This document shows, in pieces, positions 43,060 through 59,182 of a stretch of 64,000 nt of DNA; the stretch's first letter is position 1; every line of letters begins with the position of its first letter. Made by a program: the position numbers and the translations under genes. A model generated the notes under the pieces. That model was not told the DNA's origin. It saw only the letters and a list, made by a program, of their open reading frames with translations, and ran no database searches. This DNA comes from the human T2T-CHM13v2.0 reference genome, Homo sapiens, in NCBI GenBank assembly GCA_009914755.4, contig CP068257.2:17664001-17728000 (forward strand). Reading direction: 5' to 3'.

Positions 43060-43895
43060 GCAGATGTAACACACAGTAAACAGATAGGAAGAGAACACTA
43101 AGAACAAGTCTACAGACATAAATTCAGCCACTGAGATGATAATCAATTTATTAAAAAGTACAAGCTACCAAAACTCAACCAATATAAAGTAAATAATTTA
43201 AATTCCCTTGTAGCAATTAAATCAGTTGAATTTGTACTTCAAAATTTCTTCCCAAAATATATCTCCAGTTACTAATGGTTGTGCCAGAGAATTCTTTTAA
43301 AGCTTAGAGAAAAATTAACACTGATTTTATCCATTCTTCTAGAAAATGAATGAAGAAAGAACAATTTACAACTCATTTTATGAATCCAGTATTACCCACA
43401 TATTAAAATCAAACACAGGCAGTATAAAAAAGGAAAACTACAGACCAGACTTCCTCATGAACACAGGTGCAAAATATATAGCGAATAAAATATGCCAATA
43501 TATAAAATTGATTATAGACTGTGACCAGGGGCTTTTATTCCAGAGATGCAAGGCTGGTTTAGTATTTAAAATCAGTCAATATAATCCACTTTATTAATAA
43601 ATTAGAATAAAAAGATACATAATTTTATAAACTGAAAAAATTAGAAACAGAGGAAAACCTCTTCAACTTGATAAAAGACATTATAGGAAACCTACAGCTA
43701 TTATATTTAATGATTAATAACTATATTTTCTTCTTAGATCAAGAATAAGGCAAGGATATCTGTTATCACTTCTCTTATTCAACATTGTCCTGCCATAGTA
43801 TCGTTCCCATTGATTGAAAATTAAAAAAAAAACTGCCCTATTTGGTAATGATATGATTGTATATGTATAAAATTCCAAGGAATGTGCACAAAAAC
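43060..43895 (+). mobile_element. L1 ORF2 (RT-domain N-terminal region) fragment, sense: 3' part of 'L1a', collinear with 40415-41165
   Basis: The + strand translates to ...VYRHKFSH*DDNQFIKKYKLPKLNQYKVNNLNSLVAIKSVEFVLQNFFPK..., matching [49 protein letters not shown]. Further on, ...NTGSIKKENYRPDFLMNTGAKYIANKICQYIK...LLSLLLFNIVL... matches [32 protein letters not shown]...[15 protein letters not shown]. ORF2 coordinates continue from where the block at 41165 left off. Confidence 0.8.
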
Positions 43896-43904
43896 TTCAA
43901 TAAT

Positions 43905-45700
<1,796 letters not shown>

Positions 45701-46123
45701 CTTTCTCAAACCTCGGCCATTACAATGTGTCTTCTTACAATTTTGAAACTGGGGTTGAGAGAGTCAGACACGTTTGTTTGTCACAAAAACCATCATCTTG
45801 ATCCTCGTCCTTGTCTCCTCCTACTCCTCTCCCTTCTCCTTCCTCACAATAACCAAGGATATGAATAGCTGTAGGCTATTTAGCATGACCATTTTAAAAC
45901 AAATGCTCATATTATCTTTCTTTAAAAACATTTTAGTTGGAAACTAGAAGCTTACATTTGGATGCATCTATCTGTTCTGTGAAATTCTTTATTAAATGAA
46001 CAACATGGATCAAATTTAGTTATATGAGAATTACCATGATGTAACCATGAAGGAATATGATGATATTTAGAAAAATATTACACTAGAAATTGAGCTACCT
46101 ATTCTGAACACTTCATATTGTGA

Positions 46124-46427
<304 letters not shown>

Positions 46428-49069
46428 TCAAGAGGCTCTTAAACACTAAATAATTTCAACTTATTTCTTGGTCCTGATCTTCCTTAATTTTTATTTTGTC
46501 CTATGATCTTTTATCAAACCACATGTATCAATATATGAATAAATAAATAAATAAATGCACATGTATGTTTATATATAACTTTGTTATTTTGCTACTCTTT
46601 TTTTTAAAACTTAAAGTCCTTTATATCCTCTGAAATTCTAAAGCTGAGAACTTTTGAAAAAAATCTTTAGAACTCCATACCAGTATCATTGTGTAAGGCA
46701 AGTACATAGTACAATAGAGACTAAGGACAACCTATATCTTGAAATAGCACCTTTGACTAAGTGTACAGAGATTTCAGAACCTTATGATAAAAGTCATTAG
46801 CATGATACAGATTCTTGATTACTTTTGTTTAAAAAAAGCTTTGAGATTGTCTTGCTTAGTGTTCTGGCCAGCTCTTTTGATTAGCTTGGAGTTAATCAGT
46901 TCTATCTTCATTCTTTTAGTAAAGTAAAATGTGTTTCAAAGTTCCTTTTTTATAAAGGGCATTGCTATCAATGCCAGTTCATTTTCTCCTGGGAAGCTAT
47001 TGCAATTTTGCTGTGCTAAATGTTTGCACTAAGCACTTAGTGAAGGCTGAGGTCACCTCTCTTGTTAAAGAAGAAAAATTGTAAACCTTTAACTCAAAGT
47101 TTTCCAGAGTGCAGTGTAAATTGTAATTAAATCCTGGAATTAAAATTTTTTATGACATAGCTGTAATTTTTATCTTTACCGTTATCTATTTTTGCTGTGT
47201 GGTTAGGTAAATATTAATTTGAAACAGTATATTATGACCCAGAAACATTCATTTTATTCCATTATGGCAAATGCCTCACAAAACATAGTGATACAGTAAA
47301 TCAGTTTTCCTTCAGTTGTCTTAAAACAACGCCATGTTTCACATAAGCACATCTTCTATGAAAGTGATAATGAAGTAATTATCAGTGTTTGGGTTTTCAC
47401 TAACTGATAGTTTTTTAATATGTGGGGTAGCTAATACTATTGCTGATAGTTCTTAATAGCAGCGATGCTATGATAAATGTTTGAAATACCCATTTAAACT
47501 TCTTATGAAATCTATAGTCTGCTTAGTGTTCTGCATGAATGAGTTGTAGTAACGTTTTACATTTGATCATATGACACTTGCTGATTTGATCGTAGAACGC
47601 TTGCCTCTTAGAGAATGCTTTAATTTCTAAAGTAAAAATAATTAACAACATTTGTATGTAGTAATGATTAAAGGAGGTACTATGAAATAACTTTGCTATG
47701 CAGAATATCATTGGCATTAAATTAGTTCTAGTTGCTTTTTCTTTAGTACCTATACACAATAAGAAATGTAAAGATTTAGACAGTTCTTTCTGGGCAAGAA
47801 AATAATTTTTATAAGGTATATTCTCTAGAATTAGAAAATAAAAATGTGAATTTTTTTTCTGAGAGTTGAATTTTTAAATTAATATATTTAGTTGGATTAA
47901 AAATATATATGTTTTAAAATAAAACAATTTCCAGGCAACTGTGCTGGGTCCTAATCTGAAACAAATGCATGAAACAGAAATGTATGGTAGAGTAGGGGAA
48001 CTATTCAACCAGAAAATTGTGGAAAAGAACAAGCATTGTTAACATTCATTTAAGAGGACCTTTCTAAAAGGATAATTCAATCTATTGACTTAAACAAATT
48101 GGCGTCACTAGCTGGCCATACCCTATGAAGGATACACATGCATTTATGTGACTTAGCCTCCACCACTAAATATGAAAACAGGCTAACTCAATTTGCTTAC
48201 ATACGTACACACCAAGCAACCTATTGCTCCTTTTAGGAAGCGGATGAGCTCGTCATATACGTGTGAGATTGGCTGTGCCAGTGAACTTTACTTCTCACAG
48301 TAAAAATATTTTTTAAAAAAGCATTCTGATATCATAGAGTTTTGATTTTGTCCGTTAGAAAAGACTGTGACACTTTGGTGCTGCTAAAATGTTAGGACTG
48401 GTGGCAAGAACACAGACTGTGGTAAATTTGTTAAAACAACGACAATGCCACTGTGAGGCTTCTTGAGAATCATGCCACAGATACGAACAAAGGCAATCAT
48501 TAGGTACCTATGTACACATGGTTCGTGACAAAAATACACCTAACTCTAACATGCACACAATTGTGAAAACACAGAAAAATCTCCTAAGGACAAAAAGAAA
48601 AAAAAGCAATATTAACAAAGTGGTAAGCAAACATTGTTACCTCACTAGTCCTAATATGATTTGCAGATCTCTGCAATCTATTAGCTCTTAGTGGCTTGGT
48701 TTTAGGTTGACAAGGCCTAAACTTCACACAAGCTTGTGCACTGAAAATCAGACACTTCCATAAAACTTGTGATCTTGAAATCTATCTCCTCAGTCAGGGA
48801 TCAAAATAGAAAATAAAGTGGCTCATTCAGCAAAGGGGGATGATAGAGACAATACTCACAAAATGTCTCACAGAAACAATTCTTAAAGGATGTCTTTTAG
48901 TGAAAAAGATTACTAAAAGGAGGGCACAAAATTGAACAATAAACATTTCTGAGAAGAGAAATTGAAAACCATGTGAAGAAATCCAGAGGTTGACTATTTC
49001 AAATATTAATACTGCATTACTATTTACTTAGAGACAGTAAAAATAAAATGGAAATTAAAAAAAATTTAA

Positions 49070-49426
<357 letters not shown>

Positions 49427-51674
49427 CTGTAAGGTTTTTTGTTTGTTTTTTCTTCCTTTTATCATATAAGAAATGGACAAAGATATGTTTTAATTTTAGA
49501 TTTTGTAAGACTAGGCATTCAGTTTGGTATTTTGGGTTACCACTAAAAAATGAGAAGTGGAGTATATTCTTTCCAAACCAAGGAATGAGAAAAAATCATT
49601 TTGAAAACAAACCAACCCAAATAAGGCAAAACAAAACAAAAAAAAACCCTCAATCAAAAAGAACGAAGGAGAGGAGGAAATAAGAACGGAACATAAGCGA
49701 TTTTCTTAGGTCCAGTTGCACAGAAGCTGATCTTATGATGAATATTCCTGTGTAAGTGATATTCTAAATATCAAAGGAACTCTGTTTAAGTAAGTGGGGG
49801 AAGCAAGACAGAAAAAGGAAGGAAACCAAGCAAAGATCTGATTTCAAGCAAAGCCTTATTAAAGGTATCTTCAATGTAATCTTTCACGAGAGCTCTGGGG
49901 TTGTAAGTTACACTTCAGTAATTCCCAGGTGCTCCGAGCTCTGTAACAGCAGGCAGAGTGTGCTCCAATGGCCTGAGCATAGTCCTCCAAACAGTCCTTC
50001 AAACAAGCTGCAGATGCAGGCTATTGCTAAATCCAAGGGAAAACACAAGAGCTAAAAAGGATCTAAGGGAACCTACACAAGGTTCAACATCATCTGCAGA
50101 GACATACAAGGAAAGTGCAACATAACATGGTTTAAATATTTCAAGTATAGTGAAAATCATAAATATCCAATTGTCTTAATTATCCAGTGAAAAGCAGATA
50201 TTGCAAAATTGAGTTGAAACAAAAATCTATGTTGGGTTTAATATAAATGTATATTCTATTTATAAGAGATTCACATAAAATACAAGGATACAGAAAGATT
50301 GAAAGTAAAAATTTTAAAAAATTAAAATCAGGAAAATACTAAGAAGTTAATACAGCTGTTAATATCGGGCGAAATTTACTGAAACCAGGAGTATTATTGA
50401 GGATAAATACGGTCCTCAGATAATAATTCAGTTAACTAAAGGATAAACAAAAATTATTCATTCTTGTTAAAAATGTGCTCAAAAATATATGCAACAAGTG
50501 ACAGGACCGGATAAAAAGTTTACAAATTCACCTCAATAGAAGATTTCTTTTATATAAATTTTTAATAATGTAAAATATCCGTATTTTAAAAGTATACAAA
50601 TTTCAAGTTTACAATGTAATGAATTGGCACTAAATGAACACTGCCATGTAGAGCAAGTAGATGATTTCATGCAAAGCTCTAGGTAAAAAAATAGAACATT
50701 AAAAATATCCAGGAGGCACTCTCCTTTATTTCCCAGAAATATCCACCCCCCCAACAATCATTTAATTGTTATACTGACATAGCACCATTGGTTCACATCA
50801 CTTGTATTATATTTTTTGAATAAAAACATATGCTGCATACCATTATTTTGTTTGGCTTATTTTTTTCAGTAATCTGTGGGATTAATCCATGTTGTAGAGT
50901 GCAGAAGTTTCATTGTTCTCAGTGTTGTACAGTATTCTGTTATATAAATAGAACATTTATCCATGCTCCTATTAACAAATATATGTATATTTCCAGCGTT
51001 TTTCTATTACTCTATTATAAATACAGTTGTTATAATCACTTCTGTACATAATTGTAAAGCTGATATACAGGCATGCACTGCTAGTTTTTAGGATGTGTGT
51101 ACATTTACCTTTAGTTGGTATCATTAAGCAGTTTTGGAAATTAAAATTTCCACCAGCATTGTATGAGAATTCCGTTTGCTCCATACCCTTACCAACACTT
51201 AGCATTGTAAGCCACTTTATATTTAATCATTCTAGTTGGCATGTAGTTATATAGCATTGAGGTTTTATTTTGCATTCCCCTACCTGTTAAAGAGGTAAGC
51301 ACTTCTCATGTGTTTATTGTTAATTTAGATATCTGTTTTTCGGGGAAGGAAATGCCATTCAAAGATTTTGCACATTTCCTAATTCTCTATTTTCCTTGTT
51401 GAATTTGAGAGTCATTACACATTATGGATACTGGAGATTGATGGTATATGTTAAAGCTAACTTTTACCACTTCGTTCATAGCATTTTTCATCCCCTTAAA
51501 AAGTGTTTGATATACATACACTCTTAATTTTAATAATTCAATTTATTAATTTGTTTTGCTCATAATTTTTTACTTCTCATAGTTTAAGAAGATACTCTAA
51601 GCTTTCTGCTGGAGAATGTACAATTTTAAAGTTAATATTTTGATGAATATTTAATTAAATTATTCAATTAATTA

Positions 51675-51969
51675 ATTTTTTAAGACACAGGGTCTTGCTG
51701 TGTCACGCAGGCTGGAGTTCAGAGGTGTGATCCTAGCTCACTGCAGCCTCAAACTCCTGGCCTTACGTGATCCTCCCACCCCAGCCTCCTAAGTGGCCTG
51801 GATTACAGATGCACACCACCATGTCCAACTAATTTTTTTCCATATTACTTTAGAAACAGGATCTTGCTATGTTGCCCATGACGGTCTCAAACTCATAGCC
51901 TCAAGAGATCCTCCTGCCTCAGCCTCTCAAGGTGTTGGGATTACAGGTGTGAATCACTGTGCCTGGCCA
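51675..51969 (-). mobile_element. Alu SINE (old, AluJ-like), antisense
   Basis: Reads ttttttaagacacagggtcttgctgtgtcacgcaggctggagttcagaggtgtgatcctagctcactgcagcctcaaactcctgg...ctcaaggtgttgggattacaggtgtgaatcactgtgcctggcc. The copy is heavily diverged. Confidence 0.85.
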
Positions 51970-52934
51970 CAATAAGTATGTTATACTCATTCCACTCAGA
52001 ACTGATTTCTTTTGGTAGGAAGAGTGAATATTGTTTTCTTAGTTGAGAAATTCACCTGACTCTTTCCCCACTGATCTGTAATGCCAACTTTGTTATGACT
52101 CGTGTCCATGCATATGTGTTTCTATTTCTAAACTGTATTCTGTTTTAGTTATTAGTTTACCCTTGCATGAGTAGCACATTTTTATTACAACTATAGCTAT
52201 TTACTATTAATATCTGGTATTATAAATCTTCTAATTGTTTCTACTTCAAAAACTGGCTCATCTCGGTTGTTATTTCCCTTTGCATTTCCACTTACAATTT
52301 TCTATCAGCTTGTCCATTTCCTCCAAAATAACCACTAAGCTTTTGATTGGTTTATAATAAGGGTCTACATGTCTATTCGAAAAAAATATATTTTTAAAAA
52401 GTTGAGTTTCTTCAATTTATGAACATCTTATGTTCCCCTATTATTTACACTTCCTTTAATTTCTTTATTTTTTTATATCTTCATAGTGGAAGTACTGCAC
52501 AGTTTTCATTAGATTTATGGGTATTGATTTTTATGCTATTTCAAATGGCATTGTTTTGACATTGTAAGTTTTTATTGGTATATAGAATATCATTTATTTT
52601 TTAAAATTTGATTTTTATCTCAGGGAACTCCTTTAATTCACCTGTTTTTAATTGGGTATATGTCATGTTTAGTTGTGTGTGTGTTTTTTTTTTGTTTCTA
52701 CATATTCACAATCATTTTGCGTTAAATTATAATAGGTTTAGTACTCCTTTTGTGTTCCTTGTATTGTTATTTTATTTTCTTATTTTATACTTCTTAGTAA
52801 AACCTAGAATAAAATATTGAATAAAGGTAGAAATTACAAGTATTTCATTTCATTTCTGTCATTTAGAGTAATATTTTTAATAATTCATAATCAAGAATGA
52901 TGTTTTTGCCAGATGTTATGTAACTACTTTACAT

Positions 52935-53640
52935 GAAACTTAGAAAATTTCTCACAGCCAAAGCAGTTCTATGAGGGATGTTTACAGCATTGAATGCCTA
53001 CATCAAAAAATAATAAAATCTGAAATAAATAGCCTAACATTACACCTTAAGGATTAGTAAAACAAGGACAAACTAAATATAAAGTTAGCAAGAGAGAGAA
53101 AATAACAAAGATCAGAACACAAATAAATAAAATAGAGACCAGAAAAATAATAGAAAAGATAAACTAAGAATTGCTTTTTTGAAAAGTTGAACAAAATTGG
53201 CAAACCTTTAGCTAGACTAAAAAAGAAGACTCAAATAAATAAGTAAAATGAAAAACAAAACATGAGACATGATTATTAGTAATATATAAGACGCTACAGA
53301 AAAAGAGAAAAGTACAGGTCAATATTATTGATGAACATAGATGCAAAAATACTTCACAAAATACCAGCAAACCATATTCAACATTACATTTCAAGTATCA
53401 TTCACCATGGTCAAGTGGAATTTAGCCCTGGGATCAAAGATAGTTCAAAATAAGCAGACCCATTAACCACCACATTAACAGGATAAAGGACAAAACCCAT
53501 ATGATCATTGCAACAGACAGAGAAAAAATGTTTGACAAAATGTAGTATTTTTTCATCATAAAACCTCTCAACAAAATAGCCTTAGAAGGAATGGTCCTAA
53601 ACACAATAAATACCATATGACAAGCCCACAGCTAACATCA
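52935..53640 (+). mobile_element. L1 ORF2 fragment, sense, ancient family with an internal deletion (about ORF2 aa 260-590)
   Basis: The + strand translates to TAKAVL*GMFTALNAYIKK...NNKDQNTNK*NRDQKNNRKDKLRIAFLKS*TKLANL*LD*KRRLK, matching TAKAVLRGKFIAINAYIKK...[50 protein letters not shown]. Further on, ...[44 protein letters not shown] matches [50 protein letters not shown]. Confidence 0.8.
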
Positions 53641-53928
53641 TACTTAAGTATATATATTAAGTATACATATAATTAATAATTAACTAATTGCTTGATTCTT
53701 TGTGAAATTGAACTTAGACCTTGTCCAAGCATATTATATATTCTTAATAATTAAGTATATAGATACGTGATAACTACTTAATTGCTTCTTTGTGAAATTG
53801 AACTTGGACCTTGTCATTGACTAGTTCTGTGATATTAGGTATTCCCTCATCTGCCAGTTTTCTCATTTGTAAAATAAAGATCACAACTATAGTCATATCA
53901 TATGCCTGGAGTTAATATTAAATGACAT

Positions 53929-53966
53929 ATCTATCTATCTATCATCTATCTACCTATCTATCTATA
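53929..53966. repeat. (TATC)n/(GATA)n tetranucleotide microsatellite, imperfect
   Basis: Direct reading: atatctatctatctatcatctatctacctatctatctatag. Confidence 0.9.
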
Positions 53967-54816
53967 GCATTTAGTACACAGCTTTTGTTTCCTGTACTTG
54001 GTAGCACATTTTCCTGTGGTTTTCTGTATGCCAAACAGGCAGAGAGGGGAATAAATTACTCTAACCAACATCTTCGGTTAAAGCATGCTCATTGTTCATT
54101 GTCTTATGAACCATGTAGTCAAATTGTCATCACAGCGTATCTGAACTAGAGGCCAGATATCTCAATAAAAAACAACTTTCTTCTAAGAGGTGAGCTTATA
54201 AACTATGACACTACTTTCTAGACTTTGTTTACCAGAGTTGTAAATCAAGGAAAGAGATTTAAAAACCACTGTGAGATTGTGGGCAAGGGGTAAGCGAGTG
54301 GATATTGTGATGGTCCAATGCATTTCTCTGACTGCTGGTATCTTGATAATTATTGGTCTGAAGAATCTGTAGGCAGTCAATAAGGATCAATCAACCATTA
54401 CAATAAAAGAAAAAATAATTTAAACAGAGCTTTATGTAGAGCCACTTTAGTACCTTGGTCAGTTTCATAAAACCAGGCAATGAACAGAATACAAGTATTG
54501 CTAATCAAGGATAGTATTTCTGTATTCACATCAAACAATTTATTTTAAAGAATGTTGTTTACTTGTTGAAGTCAATTAAAAATTTATATATCCAATTAAA
54601 CTAAATATATAATTATCATCTCTCACAAACCAATGTAGAATTTCTCTTAATTCTATGACTGCTATTTTAGTCATGAAGCTACAGAGTCATTATGCAAGGC
54701 TGTGCATAAAGATCAATGGAGCATTGCTATTTCAGTTTTGTGAAGACAATTGTGTTTAATGGAAAGACAAATTTACAGAAAGTTATTCAGTGATTCCCTA
54801 CAGATTTTTAGTTTTA

Positions 54817-55153
54817 AATTTATTTTTATTTTTATTTTTTGAGATGGAGTCTCACTCTGTCACCCAGGCTGGAGTGCAGTAGCGTGATCTCGGCTCACTT
54901 TGACCTATGTCTCTCAGGTTCAAGCGATTCTCCTGCCTAAGCCTCCTGAGTAGCTGGGATTACAGGCATGTGCCACCACTCTAGTTTTTTCTAATAGTTG
55001 GCACAATTTTTGCACAGCTAATTTTTGTATTTTAGTAGAGAAGGAGTTTCACCATTTTGGACAGGCTGGTTTTGAACTCCTGACCTCAGGTGATCTGCCC
55101 ACCTCGGCCTCCCAAAGTGCTGGGATTACAGGCGTGAGCCACCGCACCCAACC
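54817..55153 (-). mobile_element. Alu SINE (AluS-like), antisense, carrying a non-Alu insertion of about 36 bp; about 10-bp TSD
   Basis: Begins tttatttttatttttattttttgagatggagtctcactctgtcacccaggctggagtgcagtagcgtgatctcggctcac... In the middle it reads ...gattacaggcatgtgccaccac tctagttttttctaatagttggcacaatttttgcaca gctaatttttgtattttagtagag... and it ends ...ggcgtgagccaccgcacccaaccc. The TSD is cagattttta. The 70-aa track ORF at 55049-55261 is Alu-derived. Confidence 0.9.
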
Positions 55154-55880
55154 CAGATTTTTAAATATCTTTTCCTTTTTTTCCTCTTCTGTGTCTAAGC
55201 ACAAAGAAAACATGGAAAGTTTGAGACAGAGTAACTTGATTAGATTGGTTTTGGAAAACAATTCTATGTGACTTATTTTCCACTAAGCGTCAAAAATTCA
55301 AAAAGAAAAGGCAAGCGTTTAAACATCTCCACACTGTGAATTATATATATTAAACAAACAACTCTGGGAAATACCTCCCAAAGTAAGCAACTCTAAGAGA
55401 ACAAGAAAAAAGTAGGCAGTTTACAGTCAATTGTTTTATATTTTTATTAAAATGTCTTCTGTCTTTTGGCTAAACCCAGGTAAGGAAATCCAAACAGAAA
55501 AAAATAAAAATATGACAAAAATTCAAGGCATTCAGTGTGAAAAAAAAATTCTGAAGAAGTAAATTCTTATAATTAAGATATACATTTGTAAGTTCTAAAT
55601 GCGCTGCCAGAAATATGGTTTTGTGGTATTTTTTTTGAAATTATTAATCTCTTGTTAATTTGACATTATCATTATCCATGTCTTCCTATAAAATGATCTA
55701 TATGTACTCTAAATGTTTCTTCACTTAAAAACGTATATTTTTATATTTTTAGTTGAATTTGAAGTATTACAATATTTAGTCATCTCTAAATCACATTCAG
55801 TGTCACTGCCAGTTCTTATTTAGCACTTACGGAACCCGACTTTGATGTGGTGAGTGTGTGAGTGAGTGTGTGCATGCATT

Positions 55881-55975
55881 GTTATTAACATAAAACATAA
55901 GACATGTTATTAACATAAAACATAAAACATGTTATTAACATAAAACATAAGTTTTATTAACATAAAACACAAGTT
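55881..55975. repeat. Tandem repeat, about 24-bp unit ×4 (gttattaacataaaacataaRacat), preceded by a short (GTGA/GT)n
   Basis: Direct reading: gttattaacataaaacataagacat gttattaacataaaacataaaacat gttattaacataaaacataagtt ttattaacataaaacacaagtt. Confidence 0.9.
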
Positions 55976-58900
55976 AATTGAAACAGATTTAATTTGCATA
56001 TGCTTAAATCATAATGAAAATATGACTCTAACTTTCTCGGATTTCTGTTATGTACTTCTATTTAGAATTTACAGTTTTGTACCCAAATTTGCAAAGAATT
56101 ACCTTATCAACTTGAAAAATAACAAATTTAATTTTGCATATAAATTTTGCATTTATCCACTTGTAAATTTCATTTTCATTAGTTTTTTGCTACTTCAAAC
56201 TGTTCTAAAAAGAAGAAACTATTAAATATGTAGTCCATATTGGTAGATTTAGATAAAACTAACAAGATATCAGAGAGGTACAAACGTTATCTAGTAAAAC
56301 TAGTAGTTCACATGCTTTGCATTTTGTTCTTGCTGTCTCCTTTAAGTGAACTTCTGCTAAATCATAATCTTACAAAGTCCAACACATTTTTCTCCCATGG
56401 CAAAACTGAGGAACAAATAAACACATTGATTTTTCCAACATTGTAGATCAATCATTTCTCAGCAATGTTTTTTTCATTTATTCCAAAATCATAAAGAATT
56501 CTGTTGTAAAAAAACATCCACTGTTTTTGTTAGTGGTTCCTTCATGAAATTGAAGGTAAGGACAGTTGGCATCAAAATGTAATGAATACATGCCTTGAAG
56601 CTAGGATGAATCTTCATAAGTTTGTCTCCTCGGAAACTTAAATTTACTCATGTATTGGAATGATACAGTAATACATGTCTTTGTATGATTAAATTGCATA
56701 AGGCTGTAAAAGATATATTATCCACTCTCCTTTGAAACTGGTCATTCACAATTTATAACTGTATTCTATAATTTAGTGAATATATTTATGTTATGATTGA
56801 AGCCATGTACTTACTGAAATTGGGTACAAGAACCAGATTTTAGTTTTATTTAATCCAACCAATTATTGGCCCTGTCCTTATGGTTTCCTTTTTTATCCAT
56901 AATTGTTTTCCTCCAGTCAGCCTTATCTAAGGTACTAATTTTTATTTGTGACATTGAAGTTGTAGTTTTGGATATAGAAATATATTTTTTTATTAAAGCT
57001 GTGTTTTTCTTAGAATTTGCCCATTTTTGCTGAGTGACTTTTAAGAAAATATTTTACCTTTTATGGTCTCAAAAGAAAATTTTATTTAATCCTAATGCCT
57101 TAAATGTAAAAATTAAAACAGATACATAAAGTGTGAAATAACTCAAATTTTAGTGCTTCAAATAGATTAAAGCCTATTTACTATAACTCATATGGTCACG
57201 CCATATGCCCATGGGGTATAGATATAAATTTCTACCACAGGGAAAGGCAGTAACAATTTTGAACAATTATACAATCTAAATAGAAAAAATAGAATAATAG
57301 AAAAATATTTAATTATGTAGATTGAACTTAAGGAGTACTGGTGAATTGAAGGGGTATCACGAGAGGTGTATAATATTTATAGAGGAAATGGGAGTGATGG
57401 GACTAGTAAAAGAGACAATATAGGTGAGAAAATGAGAATAATTAGGGATTGATTTTTTTCTCATTATTACTGCACTTTAAAGAGAACAATTTTGCATTGG
57501 TAATTTTAAGTAACAATACTTTTTAAAAAGATAACTGAATAATGGAATACATTAGTATGCCTTGGTTGTAAGTCAAACTATTTTTTTCTAATATTTGGCA
57601 CAATTTTTGATGTTCTTGGTTGCAAAAGAAGAGAAATTTTCTGAAAATTAGTGAAACTTTTTATTAAGGTTGAAATTTATTTCTTAGCCATATATTTTTA
57701 CATTTTTCATAAATAAGCAGAAGACCTTTATAGAATTTAAAGGTTTTTGGATATTCTGGATAGTCACATTTCTTTGAGGACAATTTTATATGTATGTCTC
57801 AAAGTTTGAACATTAGGAAATCACTTTTCACAATCTTCCTTCCCTGTGGAGTTTATCTGAATGCACAGCCATTTTTAAAGTTTGTCCTCTGATCAGTTCA
57901 GCTGGATACTTACGAAGATAAGAGTGTAGCACAAGTTAAAGTCAAAATTCTAGAATTCACAGTATGCTTCAATGGACTCTTTTTTTTTTTTTTATTGATT
58001 CCGAAACTCTTAAACTACTCATTGGATCTCATTCTGTTAACTACATTTTACTATTTTGGTTTCCATAATAAACCAAACGTGAAGTCTTTGAAATTACTTG
58101 AATAAAAACTTTATATATCAAATAGTCCAAATGGGCAGAAGTTGGTATGTATCTGAAACTACTTAACTGTGTATAAAAATAAGAAAAATTGAAATCGGCA
58201 AACAATGCTATAAAGGACATTTTTGTAAAGTTAGCTATTAAGACGTGTTTGTCAATCCCAGACCAATGATAGAAAGTACAATTTTATACTTAAATATATA
58301 TTAATTGTCTCTATTTGTGACAATTAAATAGAGACAATTTGATTGAGACAATTAATTATCTCTATCAAAGTGTATTCTAAAGGTTTGGTTTTTTTAAAAA
58401 GCAAGCTCAAGCATTTTGTCCAAAAGAATTGTATATCTAATGGATAAGCACATACATAATCTATTGGTGGGATAATCAGTGTCATTGAATACATTCATAT
58501 TTGAGTTTGATACTATAAATATTACCCCCCAATAGGTAGTACACTTATCAGAAATGCATAAGAGTACATTTTGTTTCCCCTTGCACTATGCATTATCAAC
58601 TTTTATTTTTTGGCACATATGATAGTGACACATTTATTTTACTCAGATTCCTTGAGAAGCAATTGTTCCAAAGCACATTCATGTTGATGTTAGTCCCTGT
58701 AGGTTGGCTGAGTGGATCTAATCTAGAAAACATTCACATCATTTCTATGTATTTTTTTCCTCTGTTGAGCAAAGGAGACAGAAACTGAGTAGATTGGCCT
58801 GCACTGTAAACTCAGGCTTGTTTTAAAGAGCTGTCCCAAGGATGACATTGAGGAGAGAGAAGCTTGCAAGTCACTTTGTATTTTTCTTTAATCTACAACC

Positions 58901-59182
58901 CACAACTTTAACAGCAATAAAGTTAATATTTTAGAAATTAATAATTATTCTAGTTTATTCATCAAAATTTCAGAAACTGTAAGAAGACTAGGAGTTCTCT
59001 TTATCTAAAGTAGTCTTAAAACGCCTAATACCTACTAATTGTAATTTAAATTCAGTGATTCTTAAATTACTAATGGAGCTGGAGACATAATTATACATTA
59101 AATTGTCTCAGCCTTTCTTTTTTTGTGTGAAAAAAAGCCCTTATATTTTTCTATAGTTTGTTTAGATTGACATTTATTTCTC

